A DNA stretch of 63,933 bases, the filler included. It is 5 parts of 5 records of this genome, joined end to end, with 100 filler letters (N's around TTAATTAATTAA, not from the genome) between each part and the next. Parts side by side here need not be neighbours in the genome. Positions count along the whole stretch, not along the records: positions 1 to 12,449 come from DRR378314_1291; positions 12,550 to 33,571 come from DRR378314_1298; 3 more parts are not named here. One strand, given 5' to 3'. Each line of letters starts with the position of its first letter. Position 1 is the first letter of the stretch. A program made the translations under genes and the position numbers. Below, one piece after another: positions 1 through 12,744 of the stretch. Below the pieces are notes generated by a model. That model was not told the origin of the DNA and searched no databases. It saw only the letters and a list, made by a program, of their open reading frames with translations.

Positions 1-278
1 CGTTGCACAGGAATCATCCCCGCGAAGAGTGCACGAGCGCAGTGCGCGCCTGCTGCATACGCGGATTCTACTGCCCAACTAAGTGCGACCATTTCTCGGG
101 CAGCGGTACCACCTCATTCACGCAAATTATGAAGCAGTCGATTTGACATTCAAAGCAGCGTTCTTTCCATGGGTGACTGAGTGAAAAGAAGCCTTCCAGT
201 TCTCGCTGCAAAACGCGGCCCTCGTGCGGTCTGTCGCTCATTGCACTAGGAAATGCACAAAAGCTCATGCGGACGTAC

Positions 279-3200
279 CAAGAACGAGGAAGGCAGCGAC
301 TGTGAAGCCCGCTGCCCTACGGAGAGGTAAACGAACATTCTTGATACCATATATGATCGCCGTGGTTGCTATGTAGCCGTTGGATATCCCGAGCAGAGCG
401 CAGAATACGTAGATGGACAAGTCGCGCTCCGAAAAGTCCTGCGAATCGTTCGCGATTGCCATTCAGTGAGCGGAAGCAGCCGCGACAGTAAGGTTGTGCG
501 CGGCGTACTCTCCACGACAGCCGCGCCGCCTGTCTTTGGCAGCGTTCAGGTGCAAATTGAAAACCAAACCCAGCTCCATACAGCATCATAATAAGTTGAC
601 TTACCATTGGAAGGATGCTGACAAAGTAGACTGGTACGAAAATGAAATGAAAAACAGTGGGTACGATGAGACTGTTTTCAGAGAATACGCGCGATGCTCC
701 CGCCAGGAATCTTCCAACAAAGTCACTTCCTGCACGATATTGGGACAGATTCACACGGAGAGATGTTAGAAGCGCCATGTGTTATTGATATTGCGAAAAT
801 CCAAGCAACGTATCTCATTCGTGCTCAATGTAAAACATCGTTACCGTTTCCAGCACGAGAGGGCAGAGCGAGTGTAAAGGGAGAAGCAGGAAGTGAATGC
901 AGATGCCGCGTTTCTGGGAAGCATCGCGGCGCGCTCGCAGACGCAGATGGAACTTCCCGAGCTCCTCGGAGTACGTCACAACAGCAACACGATTACATTG
1001 TGGAAGATCCAACACTGACCTACACCTAACAGTCCTTCTACCACACATTTGTAGTATCAAACAAAACCTCAAGGCAGTAGAAGGAGACCAGGATGTTAGA
1101 GTGCTCATGCTGAAGAGCGGGCGAAATCCTTACCAAACACAGTCGCAGCAGCAACAATAGGAAACCAATGATCAACCTGCACGAGAGCGGCGAGCACGAA
1201 AATTAATATAAGTACCACCAAACCCGTAGTGTATCCATGCATGATATAGCGCGTGTCTACGCGGACCTTGGGTTGCTCGTTCGTGTTCTCTTTCTCTTAT
1301 TCAACGCAGGGGCAGGGCGCCTCGCGCGGTTCGTCGTCATATCGCAAAATGCTACAACCACGCTCTCCGTCACGCTAGTGCAGCTATCGCTCCCTGCAGC
1401 TGACCTCGCCGGCTTTCCGCACAATTTGCGCCAAAAGTCCTGGAAGAATTGCGCTTGTGACCAAGTAGGATGACGCGGCGCAAAGACCAAAATAGTACAT
1501 CTGCAGAAAAGGAAACCGCACGGTTCCAAGTCCATTGCTGGCACGGTTCAGCCTAGCGACACAGCAGGCGCAAACAGCATCTCAGAATACAACATTGAAG
1601 CACCACAATGGGAAGTAGACTCCTCTTTCCTTCCGCAAACAGCAGCAAAGAATCGGTTTCTACCACTCACTATGAGAGCAACAACTGGGGTAAAATTCGC
1701 CGTGAAATACAATCGGCGGATGCGATTATGCGGGTTTTTTCCTCGCAAGAATCGTCGTTCCCGTCTGCAGTGGAGCCACTATCGCTTTGCCCGCACTTTA
1801 CCAAGCACTCGATCGACGATAGCGGCTCCCGTCGGAACTTCGCCTCTCGGATTCACATCCGCAAATGTGATAAAGTACCGCGCGAATACCAGTCGCTGTC
1901 CGAGACGATCGAGGATTGGCAGAGCAGACGCAGAACTTGGAGACTGAGACAATGATGACGAATAAGAAACTGTGGTCGAATTCTGGCAGCGGGAAATCGG
2001 CGCGGCGCAATAACTGCAAGCATCACTGCCAAACTGAATGCGCAGATGCAAGCTTCCCATGGAAGATTTTCCCTGCATTCCATTTTCATTCTGACTATGC
2101 ACAGTAGTGTTGGTAAGTGAAGTTCAGTATCAGCATTTCTGTCTTGCGGCTTGTAGCCCCTCTGGTCCCGGATCGGAGCTCTCGTGGCTCCTGCCTTGTG
2201 CTCGCGCACCTCGAGCCGTGCAAGCACCAAAATGCAGCACAACACCACAAATGCAGTTGATCCAAGAAACGATCCCGTACTGTTGTACACATATTTCCAG
2301 CGTCATGTACAAGACATGTGACGCGGGGGAGGGGGAGTGAGAGGACATCACAACAACGCATATTCGGCCTCTGACTACACTTGTAACAAACGTAGCTCTA
2401 GAGAGAGAGCACGAAGCAAACTCGCAGCAAACTCCAGACACAGGGAGAAAGGAACTTCATGGAACTGAATGTCCAGCACTCTTTCAGAGGTTCGTAATCA
2501 GCGCTTGCAACGCAAGCTTCCACTCCGTTCCATGCAAAAGCAAGGGTGTATGTATCACTGTAGGCTATAACGTTTGTATGGATGGGCTAACAGATACTTT
2601 CAGAGTTTGGCGACTTTGTCGCACAATCGCTTGCTGAGGAACAGAAAGGAGAGCGCGCTTGTGTGGGATTAGAGCGAGATATGTTCATGCGTTGCTACTA
2701 TTTAGGTTGTATTTGCTCGTGATTCAGCTAGAAAGGAGGCCGTCGTTCCCCAAGCGCGCACCTGAGACCGTCTGTGCTCAAGAACCACGCCTTCGTACCA
2801 ATTCGAAGCTGCAGGCGACGATACGTGTTGAAGGTCGCCGCGACAAACCGTTCCAGGGAGTAACCCAGAGAGTGAGTTTCTCCAACGGATATACGCCGAG
2901 AATTTCATGTCAAACGTTTGCTGCCGAGCGGCAATGAACTTGTTGATGTATCGCTTTCTCTTGCGATCTGTCATTCGTTTCTGTAGTTTGGGTTCAGGTG
3001 CACAAGGCGCGTGTTCTTGTCCGTACCAATGCGATGAGAAGCTCCGATGCGCCGATTCCGACCATGACCGCACTGACATACAGAGAGGGAAAGTATGCTA
3101 CGTGCGAAAATAAAGCAGAAAGCGCAACGGCATACGCAACTCCAGCGATCCCGAACAACACTGTTGCCGGTGAATGAGGCGAAGATGGAGCGATACGCAC

Positions 3201-5124
3201 AGAACGCAGAAGATCAGCCAAGGTACGAGGCTTGTGTGCGACAGTACCATCTGTTCGTCAAACTGCTGAGACAAACGTTCTGCCGCAATGACGCCTATTA
3301 ATATAGCATCAAAGTACCAAATAGCACATTCGTAATACTTGACAGAACTCTATTTGCACCCGTGCTCTTGAAATAGGCCTCTTAGCGCCATGTGCCCTTT
3401 TCATCCAGCGAGTGTCAGCTGCGCGATACTAAAGGTTGCTCGTCAGCCGGCACAAGACTCTCGCCAAAGCACTAGGGCATCAGGCAGTGGTATGGAAGTT
3501 TCTGTTTATCTTGAAGAACACGGACGTACCTATAACAAGTGTAAACGTTACCGGGATAACACTGTTTGCGGCACTAAGGAGGACTGCGAGTGCGCTGGTT
3601 ACGACAATCTGCAGTGTGTATCCGACCAAGAGTCCGCGGCGGAGGCTAAGATGCCGACCTGCACACGGGAAATGAAGCACCTGTACATGCGCAAGAACGT
3701 CGCGCCCCAGAAAGTTATCCCAAGCTCCAGAGAGAACCTTACTGGTCCCTTGTACGATGCAGACCACCAGGAATACTGCCATTGTGACTGAAAGTGTCTG
3801 CTTCTGCGCTGGATCTCGCGCTTTCCCGTCCGGACGAACCGCGGAGTAGTACCAGCGGGGCTGCACTCCATTTCCTCCTACATTCAAATACCAGCTTCGC
3901 GAAAGCTTGGTTGGCGAAAATACTGAGTGATGTAATATAGCTTCCCTTATTGTGTGTGACGTACCATGAGTGTCAACACAGCGCACGTTGGATAGGCGAC
4001 TGATCCGTACCACTGCGCGTGCAGCTCGGGAAGGAGAGAGCGTAAAGTGTCTCCGAGTGACATGAGAGCTGCGCGGAGAACGTCCATACTACAAACAATT
4101 AGAAACGATGTGGTTTTTCTTCATTCGGAACTATGGTAGCGTGCAAGGGAGGATGTTCCGATCAACGCAAAAGCGCACACACAACCCGATGCTGCTTCCC
4201 CGATTGGGAACGCAAAGAGAGGGCCATGGGCCTCTTCACCTCTTTCCCGTCACCGCGCCTCCTGCATTCTGCGAGCTGTGTCGTACCATTCCACGGGAGC
4301 TGAACGCCAAATCCGAGAAAAAGGAGCGCCAAGTACGATGTCCGTTTTTCGTCTTAACACAGAGTGCATTGCAAAAAGCACAGGCAAACACATAACGGTG
4401 CGTACCGAGGCAACGGGGGTAAACATCGAGTGCGGCCGATCGCTGGTGATATAGTTGCTTTCCGCAACGCGGCATACTGGTCAGCTTCCGAGAAACACGC
4501 AGCTTCCAAGTCGTACCGCGGACTTGCACTCTTTGTAGGAAATACGGATGACTTTCTCAGCGCAATTATGCGTACGCCCTACATATTAGGACTATAGAAC
4601 AATCGACTGCGAATAAGATATGTGTAACATGCACTGATTGCTGATTTGCCGGCGCGGAAGCTTTCGTCCTCGCCTACGGACCTATAGGAGCACGAAGGAA
4701 CCACGAGTCTTCCAACTGCGCGTCGTGCTCTGAGCTGCAGCTCCAGTCTCGTCCCTGCGTTGCAATCCAGTTCTTCCGCGGGCATGGTCAGCGCAAAACT
4801 GTCCTGTACGTTTCTTGCTATCTGACAAATATGGCCCGCGTGGCCTGCACTTTTCCTTCGTGAAAAATGCGCAGAGAATTGGAGCACCCGTCTATCGCGC
4901 ACGGGCGCCGCCAGCAACCGCTTGCGGCTGGCTGTAGACGATTTTTTTTTTAAAACATGCGGTCGGCCCCATGCGCAGCACAGAGAAGGTCCTGTCATTA
5001 AAATTCTAGCAACAAATGACATGCATACCTCTGTTGTTCCATTCGCAGAACCTCCAGACGAAACTTGCGTTTGTGACACGTTGTGAGGCGGAGATGGTAC
5101 CTTTGCAACAAGTGGCTCTTCCAT
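279..5124 (-). CDS. Equilibrative nucleoside transporter (ENT/SLC29), multi-exon, last exon not located
   Basis: GT-AG flanked exons translate to ENT-like TM segments in the expected order: AFALIGTSSLARYH-LMSLGD, RHLSLRRGLLVGY, VAYFPSLYVSAVMVGIGAS, YLVTSAILPG, HWFPIV, SDFVGRFLAG, LLGISNGYIATTAIIYG...RAAGFTVAAFLVL. ATG at 5124. Confidence 0.8.
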
Positions 5125-5734
5125 CGCAGAGAATTTCCCCCCACCCACACGAACAAGAACGCAGTGGCGCTCAACAAAAGGGCCTCCTCTGTCGCCCCGC
5201 TCGCAAAGGATTTACGATGTATTCGCGAATTTTCGCGTTCTTTAGAAGAAGTGTAGAGGCAAAGATTGACTCTGTAGAAGGAGGCTGCTCCAGGAGTGGG
5301 AGTCTTGCCCGGTTGCGGGATTCTTCTTTGCGACGCACCAGGCTATGCGTACGCTCGACTGCCTGGGAGCATTCCGCAGACCCTGAGGAATGCATCGGAA
5401 GGACGACTAGAAAAGGCAGGCTGCATGATAGGGCTGATGCTGGATTGGAGCCTGTTGCCAACACAAGCAGTGCTTGTGCAGGGTGGAGTCGGGGTTTATG
5501 AGTGTGTTCCATTCGCTGCAGGTTGATTCAGACACTACTGCCGCGACGAAAGTAGCTGCCAATAGAAGCTCCGTGCATTCGGGCCTACTATTAAGCTGAA
5601 TACGTAGAGACTGCGAACTCGCGTCTACCAAGGCGAATCCAAGCGTCCGTTCTGAACAATTAACATTTGGCACGCGATACCTGAGGCCTGTTTCGCTAGG
5701 GCATGCGAGTAGGGTTGTTTTGTTTGCTTCCTAG

Positions 5735-6531
5735 CCTCAAGAAAATCCGCACATGGAACGTACGTTGATTGCGCCAGTGCATCTGTGAGACCTGCCGAAA
5801 CTTTCTGCGGTGCAGCCGCGTACGGTGGCGTTGCCTTGCTCTGATCAGTTTCTCAAACTGGATCCTTCAATATCGCTCTTCTACTTTCAAGGCCGTCGTT
5901 GGAATCCCATGTGTAAGAGAGAACGGCACTTCACGCGACAGGGGGTAAAGCGACTGTTGTTCTTTTTCTTTCTCCTTCTCTGTCAGCAGCGATCTAGGGT
6001 GAGGAAAGAGTCATTCGTGGAATTCTCGGGAACCGCGAGATCGCAATCGCGCCTGTGCGCGCCCACCGCGCGGAGATAGCAAGTAATTTCACCTCTCTGT
6101 TCTGAGCGCCAATATCCTCTTCGATGGAAAGCGATTCTGAAAGGCTTGCAAGTCTCGCACCTCCACAGCTGGGCGTTCGCCGGAGTGTCCGCGCAGCTCG
6201 TCGTCCGAGCCAGTTGGCGGACGTGCCAGTGCTCCCGGCAGATTCCCCGCACAAGTAAGTGGTTTATTGTCGCTCTTTCACTCGTGAACAAGCAGTTTCG
6301 ACTTGAAAAAAGGCACATGTAGCTAGGATCAGACTCGTGACCTGCTCCGTATGTTGCGGCAAGAAAGAGGGGCCCCGTTTAGCTCGCAAAGCATGCGCAT
6401 GGCGTGGGATACCTCACGCCCACGCACGCACTTCTCCACGTGCAAGTGCGAGGGGGAGCTCACACGCTTTGCTGATCAAGAACGAGATGAACAACTTCCG
6501 CATACACGCGCTCGCTGCCACCCTTCTATAG
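5735..6531 (+). CDS. Probable spliced gene of unknown function (frame uncertain)
   Basis: Series of strong donors (gtacgt ~5760, gtaaga ~5913, gtgagg 5999, gtaagt ~6255) and a long pyrimidine tract before cag at ~5960-5989. No recognisable product. Confidence 0.3.
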
Positions 6532-8460
6532 CCTCCCCGATGTACATAAATATAACATTCACTTTGCACTCGATTAGTGCAACATTGATCCGCGTAGCAT
6601 GCTTCGTAAGTGGACCAAGGCACTCCGCCTTTGTCCTCTGCGACTCCGTGCTAACGCAGCGTGCCCAGCAACCGGGCAAACGCAGCGCACACTGCGCTCC
6701 GCACGCGACCAGAAACGGCGCCGTTCGCCCGAGCGCCTGCTGTAGCTGCAGTGCGCTCGCGCGCAGCCAAAGACCTACTCCTAGCGTACGCTTTTCTCTA
6801 CCTTCGTAGCTCTCGTTTCCTGTGAGAACGCTCATAGTAGCATCGATAATGCCTCAAATGGTGGAAAGCGGAGCACTGCTGCGCGAGCGAACTGCTACTC
6901 TGAAAGGGAGGGGGGAAATGAGCGCTCCTGCGTTGGCACCTCAGCTCGGAAGAAGTGAGCACATGGACGCCTGACAGTTCCCCTCCGCAGTGCGAGACGC
7001 AGTGCACAACGCCGCACAGCGGAACGCTGTAGGCAAAGAGTGCGAACCTATATTCCCCCCACATGTTTTATTCTGAGCATATAAATAGAATAGAAGCCAG
7101 CTCTTTTGTAGCGGGAAGCTCGGCGGTACGATGTGCGGCACTGCGGGGCCCGTTGCAGCTGCTGTGGCACGCGGACCGACTCGCGCGCTCGCACTCCGCC
7201 ACGCTTGGCCGTTCAAATGCGGGACAGTCCGTTCCGTCGCCTCGCCTCGCCTCGCCTTCCCAAGGGCCCCTTTGAAGTGCCAGCTTGGCCAGCGAGTCCG
7301 TTGGGCAACCGACCGCCGGTTCTCCCGCGCGAACGCCGCTGCTGCTGCTGCGAGAGTACGGTGCACCCCGTTCCCGCTAAAGCGAAACGAACTGGCGCTT
7401 GTACCGGGCGGGGCTTTGCCCAAGAAAGCAACAAAATTACAGAGCCTTATGCCGTAGAGAAATTTCATCCTGATTCCACCGCTCGCCATGAAATTGGCGC
7501 CTTTCTTGGCGGCGCCGCTCACGCCGTGGTCGCGCTGGATCCTTCACAGGTGCGCACGTTTGGCGGCTCCGCCAACCTGCGGAGACAGGCTGTGCAGAGC
7601 CAGGCATCAACAGCGGGTTGTAGCACGGGGAGAGCAGGCCGCAACGTGTGCCCGTGACGCTACAGCATGCACGCAAGGCTAGGTAGCGGCGAATATCGCG
7701 CTGTTCTAGTTTCGTCGCGATCGCCGTCCACACAGCGATGTTGCTGAAGCAGTGCACGCCCAGCAGCTTACAACAAGCCGCCGAAGCCGCCGCGGCCGCC
7801 GCGAATATTTGTTGTAATTGCTACGAAATGCGATAATAGAAACAAAATCCGTTGCTTCACGCGGTTGCGCGAGTCGCAACATGCTGCCCAACGCCGGCAA
7901 CGGTGCAAGGCGAGCGCACGCAGTCAGTTAGTGCGCAAGCGTGCGCCGCGTAATGCGCGAGCGTCAGCTGTTCAACTGCCGCTGTGTCTCTCCTTTCGGG
8001 AACACCAGAGGCGTCTAGCAGAAGCGCGCTGCTCTATCCGCGTGTCCCAGCACTTCGCAACTTCGCCGTAGTGCATGACCGACGGGCGCTGTGCGAGGGA
8101 TACCCAGTCAACTTCTTTGAAAATCCATGGGAAATGGCGTAGCTTAGTAGCCCTAGCGGCACGTGTACGGCAGGCGGCAATGGGTGCTCGCGCGCCTCCT
8201 TCGCTGCAGCAAGAGAGCAAGAAGTAGTGCGGAGCGCGCTGCGCTACAGACACTGCAGACGAGTGTTAATTGCCTTCCTTTACGTACTTAACCATACAAT
8301 ATTTATTTATTATCATAGCTGCGATCCATCGGAATCTTCTTCCTTAGATACCCCTTTGTTTGGCGCTCGATCTTTGGTAGCGCGCGCGAGACTTCCGCAC
8401 TTGCTCGTCGACCTGCGCGCCTCGCCGCTTTTCTGTGCGCCGTGCTCTCGCGCGCGAGGG

Positions 8461-9135
8461 ATGGCCTCTGACGAGCGAACAGCACCGCAGCCACCCAGCC
8501 CTGACCAAGATCCGGTGCTGAAGAAGTACGGAATTCGCTCTCCCCTGCCCCCGAAATTTCACACTATCGACTTCTGTAAGCACTTTCTCACTGGTGTCAA
8601 CGAATGTGCGCAGCTTGAAGCGGTGTGCCAGTGGGCTGAGAAAGCACTGCGCGCTGCTGCGGTGGTGAAGCGCCAGCGCAAAGAGCACCGAGACCGCTGC
8701 AGCTGGTGCCTGTGCGCGACACGGAGCGCCGGCATGTTTACCTCCCGCAAGCGCTCCTGCGCACCGTTAAATCGCAGCTCTCTGCCTTCCATTCGCCCTT
8801 TCCGTAGATCGCTTTTATCATAACGTTTTGCAAGGCGATGTAAAGAGCAGCTATGATAAATTTTAAGCGAGAAAGGCGGCGCATTCGAGCGACTGCAGAC
8901 GCTTTTGTCAAGGGCGTCGTGCGCAGTACAGCCAGCGGCAAGCGCACCAGACGCACACGGTTCTCCGTTTGCTGTGTTTGAGCTGCCGTGCAGCCTCGTA
9001 AGTCTGCGATTTCGACGCGAGGCTGTGGTGGCGAACAAGACTACGGCACGGTGCTGCGACACAGCACGCCAGCAGAACCCCAGACGCTCGCCGAACATCA
9101 ATCGCTTGAACGCTCTTCATCTTCTCTGAAGTTTA
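8461..9135 (+). CDS. Small hypothetical spliced protein (MASDERTAPQPPSPDQDPVLKKYGIRSPLPPKFHTIDF-YRFYHNVLQGD...)
   Basis: ATG 8461, donor gtaagc after TTC T, phase-compatible acceptor ccgtag before 8808, candidate 4-nt exon 8994-8997. 3' end uncertain. Confidence 0.35.
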
Positions 9136-11281
9136 ATAGCATTTTCGTCGCTTTTATGATAGGCGATAGAGACAGCTGCTGCCACAACGCAGCAGCGCGC
9201 CACAGGTCGAATCATGCACACGAAGTGGCGCACAATGTGCTTCCTGTGATCGGCGCGCGTGGCTGAGTGAAAGGAAGTGGGGCTGTCAGTGGCCGTGTGG
9301 CACATAGGGGCTGCCGTACGCGGCCCGCTGACGTGGCTGCGCTGGTGTGCAGAAAGTGAATTACGAGATTTTCTTCTGCTTCCCCGCGCATTTTCACCAG
9401 AAATTCTCCTCTTTTCTTGCACAAAAAATAACAAAGCTACATCCGTGGTATGGGGGCTCAGCGTGGAGTGTGAGATCGGTGAGCGGCGGGAAAGGGCGTG
9501 CAGCCGTTGAGCGCCGCGGTGTGCTCCTGGGCGCCCCTGACGTGTGTGTGGCACGCCGCGCTGCGTCGCCCTGGGCAGCCGGTCCGCACGCCCGCCCTCG
9601 GCTTCCACAGCTTCCGCTGCGGGGGCCTCGCTACCACCCTGTGCTCCCGAAGTGGGCCCCCTTTGGCGATCCCGCCCTGGCTCTTGTTCTCACTCTCCTC
9701 ACTCTCCTTGCACACACGCGCTCACGATAGAGCAGAGCTGGCGAATCCACCACCCCCGCCAAATCAAACGGCAGGTTTCGCGACGGTTTCCGGACTGCCC
9801 TCGGATCGCCTCCGATGCTGTCTGGGTACATCGTCAGCGCCTGTTCGTAGAGCTCATCGGTGCGTTTCTGGCTTTCGCGGTGTCGGCTGTGCAGCTTCCG
9901 GTGCATTGTTGGCAAGAAGACGTTCCGGATTTCGGTCCTGCGCCATGTCGGCGACTCGGGGCGCCACCGTGTGAAGCAAGACCTGTACTACTGGCAGTGC
10001 TGTGCCGTGCGCTCGCCGTCGACAAAGCAGGTGTGGTGCGGGTGGGCGACGGAGGAAGAGGCACGAGAGAAGACAACGCAGGTGCGCTTCGTCTCCATCG
10101 AATTACCCGTGTGCGTAGAATAACCGTGCAGTGTATCGAGAACGTCCTGGAAGTTACGACAAGCCCGTGGGCATGCTCGAAGACGGCAACCGCCGGAGTA
10201 CTGGACAGAGTTCACGAACGGCCAGTTCCCGCACGGAGCTATCCGCTCGGGCTCGGCCGAGCGCTGCTGCCTACCTGCAAGTTCTTGCAAACTACGCCCC
10301 GTCTTTAACCGTTGTAGTAATCTACTGGATCTCCCGTTACGGAAGAGTAGTGGTAAAGGAAGATCGATATGGCGGGTAACCCAATGCCGCTGCTTCCTTT
10401 TCGTAAATCACGGGAGGTGCAGTTTCTACCAGCGGGCAGAGATCTTGCTCGCGCCCCGTCGTCGCCAGCTTCCCCTCACCGAGTTGCGGCTCCCAAGATG
10501 TCGCTGTGTTCCTGCGAGCCACCGTTCCTTTCCGCACCCGATCATCCTCACATGGCAAACAAATCAGGGCAGCTGACATTGCGCCTATGTGCACTCTGGC
10601 CTGCTCGCCTTTCATTTCCCCTTGCTGATCCCCATTCAGGCGCTGGTGGAGATGAACGTGCTCCCTCCGGGAAAAGAGCCGACTTTTTTGCTCACGAATG
10701 CCTCCCAGGCCTCCAAGGGTAGCGGAAAAACGGCAATTTCTCGACCAAAGTCGAAACGTGCAAAGCGTACGTTAGGACACGATGGTTCACAAGCTCTCCG
10801 GCTCTAATCGCATGAAGCTTGGTGTCTCTTTCTGCGCGGAACGGGTCGGAAGGATGTGTGACTTCGAAAGGGAAACAGGGAGCGCCGCAGCACTTCCTCT
10901 CCTGGTGCACACGAAACGCACCCATACACCCATGCACCGCCGTGTGTTGGAAAGCACAGTGTTTGCAGCAATAATGCGGCCCCGTGTTCATAGCATCGTT
11001 GCTATTCGCTGTGGATTAAAGTAGTGCGCGCTGCCGCCGACGCCACGTGAGGTAGTACCCAGGGAGTTCTTGCGCCCCGCTTGGTCGTTCGTGTCCCCAT
11101 ACCATCTCTTCCTTTTTCGTTAGCAACCCTATGGAGGCGGATTCAGAGACGACCCATGTATGTTAAACTAGGATCTGGCGCGTGGCTAGTTCGCTTCTCG
11201 TTCTTATCAACGCGCTATCGCTGCTTCACGTGCGCTCGCTGTGATCTTCGGCCTGGTGTGGGGACAGGCAAGGTGAAGGCG

Positions 11282-12449
11282 ATGGACGGAGACAGCGCCG
11301 CTGCCGATCTGTACGAGAAGCGCGCCAAGCAGTTTCACGCAATGTTTGCGTCGCCGCATGGGCAGTCATTCCTCGACAATATGCCGTACGCTGCGGCAGA
11401 GGCCGGCGCGCGGCATGCGCCGCTCACCGTCCGAATCGACCATCCCCTGCGCGGCAGCGGCCCGGTCCCCATCGGGTCGCTCGTCGCGCTCGGAGCCGGC
11501 GCAAGCCCGATCAGCTCCGATCCGAACGGCTCAGCGCCCCGCCAGAGCAGCGCGATGGGCGCGTCGACCTCGCGGGCGGTGGCCGCTCCCCGTACGAGCG
11601 GCGCCGTCGCAGCGACGGATGGGTTCGTCCACCCGCAGTTCCTCGGCGCACTCCCTCTGCACACATTTTCACCGATGGAGGACAGTGCGCGCGCGCCCGC
11701 CGCGTCGTCTGCCGCGCACTCGGCAATGCCGCATCGCGGAACTGGGGACACGAGCGCATCGTATACGCCGGGCAGCGCGTTCATGCCGTACCACGCCGTT
11801 CGCCAGCCGTCGCCCCAGTCGATGCACCGCTCCTCACCAGTCCCCGCCGGACTCAACGCGGCTTCTGCCGTGCAGATTGCGTCGTTGAACACGCCTTCGC
11901 TGCATAGCGGAGCACTGGGTCCGATGAGGTACGCACAATGCGCGCCGCTCGCGCGCTCAAGGCCGATCCGCAGCACCACACCCATGCTCCGCGGTGCTCC
12001 GGGCGCGAGAGGGAGAAAGAGCGAGTGCAGCAGCATGTAGCACATGAGAGAGGAAAAAAACAGGGGGTGCATACGTAGGGAGAATGTTGCTGCTAAATAC
12101 GCGGACACGGAAATGAACTGCGACAGTGGCTGTGCTATAGCGACGGAAACAGTGAGCGGGAAGAGGCGGAAACGAGGAGCAGCCGCGCAAGTTCCGCGCG
12201 CGAGGCTCCTTTTCTCACACCACTCGCCGCTCGCCTGCCCTCCGCCTGCGACCGTGCTCACTTGCATCCAAACAGCCTCAGCAGGAGCGCGTCGCCTGCC
12301 GAGTACCGTGCCTCGCCGTCGCGGATCTCGCCGCTCCTTTTCGCGCACGCGGTGCCGCCGGGGCTCGACTCCGCGGGGAACTCGCCGCTGCAGCGCCCGG
12401 GCTCCGCCGACGGGCACTTGCGCTGGCCGCCGTCGCCAACGATGCTCGA
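11282..12449 (+). CDS. Ser/Pro/Ala-rich hypothetical protein, truncated by contig end
   Basis: Exon 11282-11928 (AG|gtacgc) joins in phase to exon 12276-12449 (acag|C), with many SP motifs and GC-ending codons. Confidence 0.55.
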
Positions 12450-12549
12450 NNNNNNNNNNNNNNNNNNNNNNNNNNNNNNNNNNNNNNNNNNNNTTAATTA
12501 ATTAANNNNNNNNNNNNNNNNNNNNNNNNNNNNNNNNNNNNNNNNNNNN
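12450..12549. other. Artificial contig linker
   Basis: N44-TTAATTAATTAA-N44 (stops in all six frames), identical at four places. Confidence 0.98.
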
Positions 12550-12744
12550 GCCCGAAGAAAGAACTCTTCTGCAGGGCGTCCATTGTAGCTCTGGAGCACT
12601 ACTACGCCGGATCTGGAGTTGTGGCATGGCCAATGTAGAAGCTCTGGGCCCGGTAATCAGGCGGGCGAGCAAAGGCCCAGGCAGTGATCGAGGGGCGTTA
12701 TTCGAGCGACGTGCGCTGCTGTCCCGGTTGCAACGGCAACGCAC

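Noticed and set aside
4250-4252. In-frame TGA upstream of ENT TM1 suggesting stop-codon reassignment
   Set aside because: A phase-consistent model (donor 4405, acceptor before 4191) makes it intronic. eEF2 and the channel have no internal stops, and TGA ends another predicted gene (19465).
7824-7836. CGAAATGCGATAA resembling 5.8S rRNA (possible guide on the minus strand)
   Set aside because: No flanking rRNA similarity and no convincing C or D boxes, so probably chance.
12494-12505. TTAATTAATTAA palindrome repeated four times
   Set aside because: It always sits in the centre of exactly 100-nt N spacers, so it is a synthetic six-frame stop linker.
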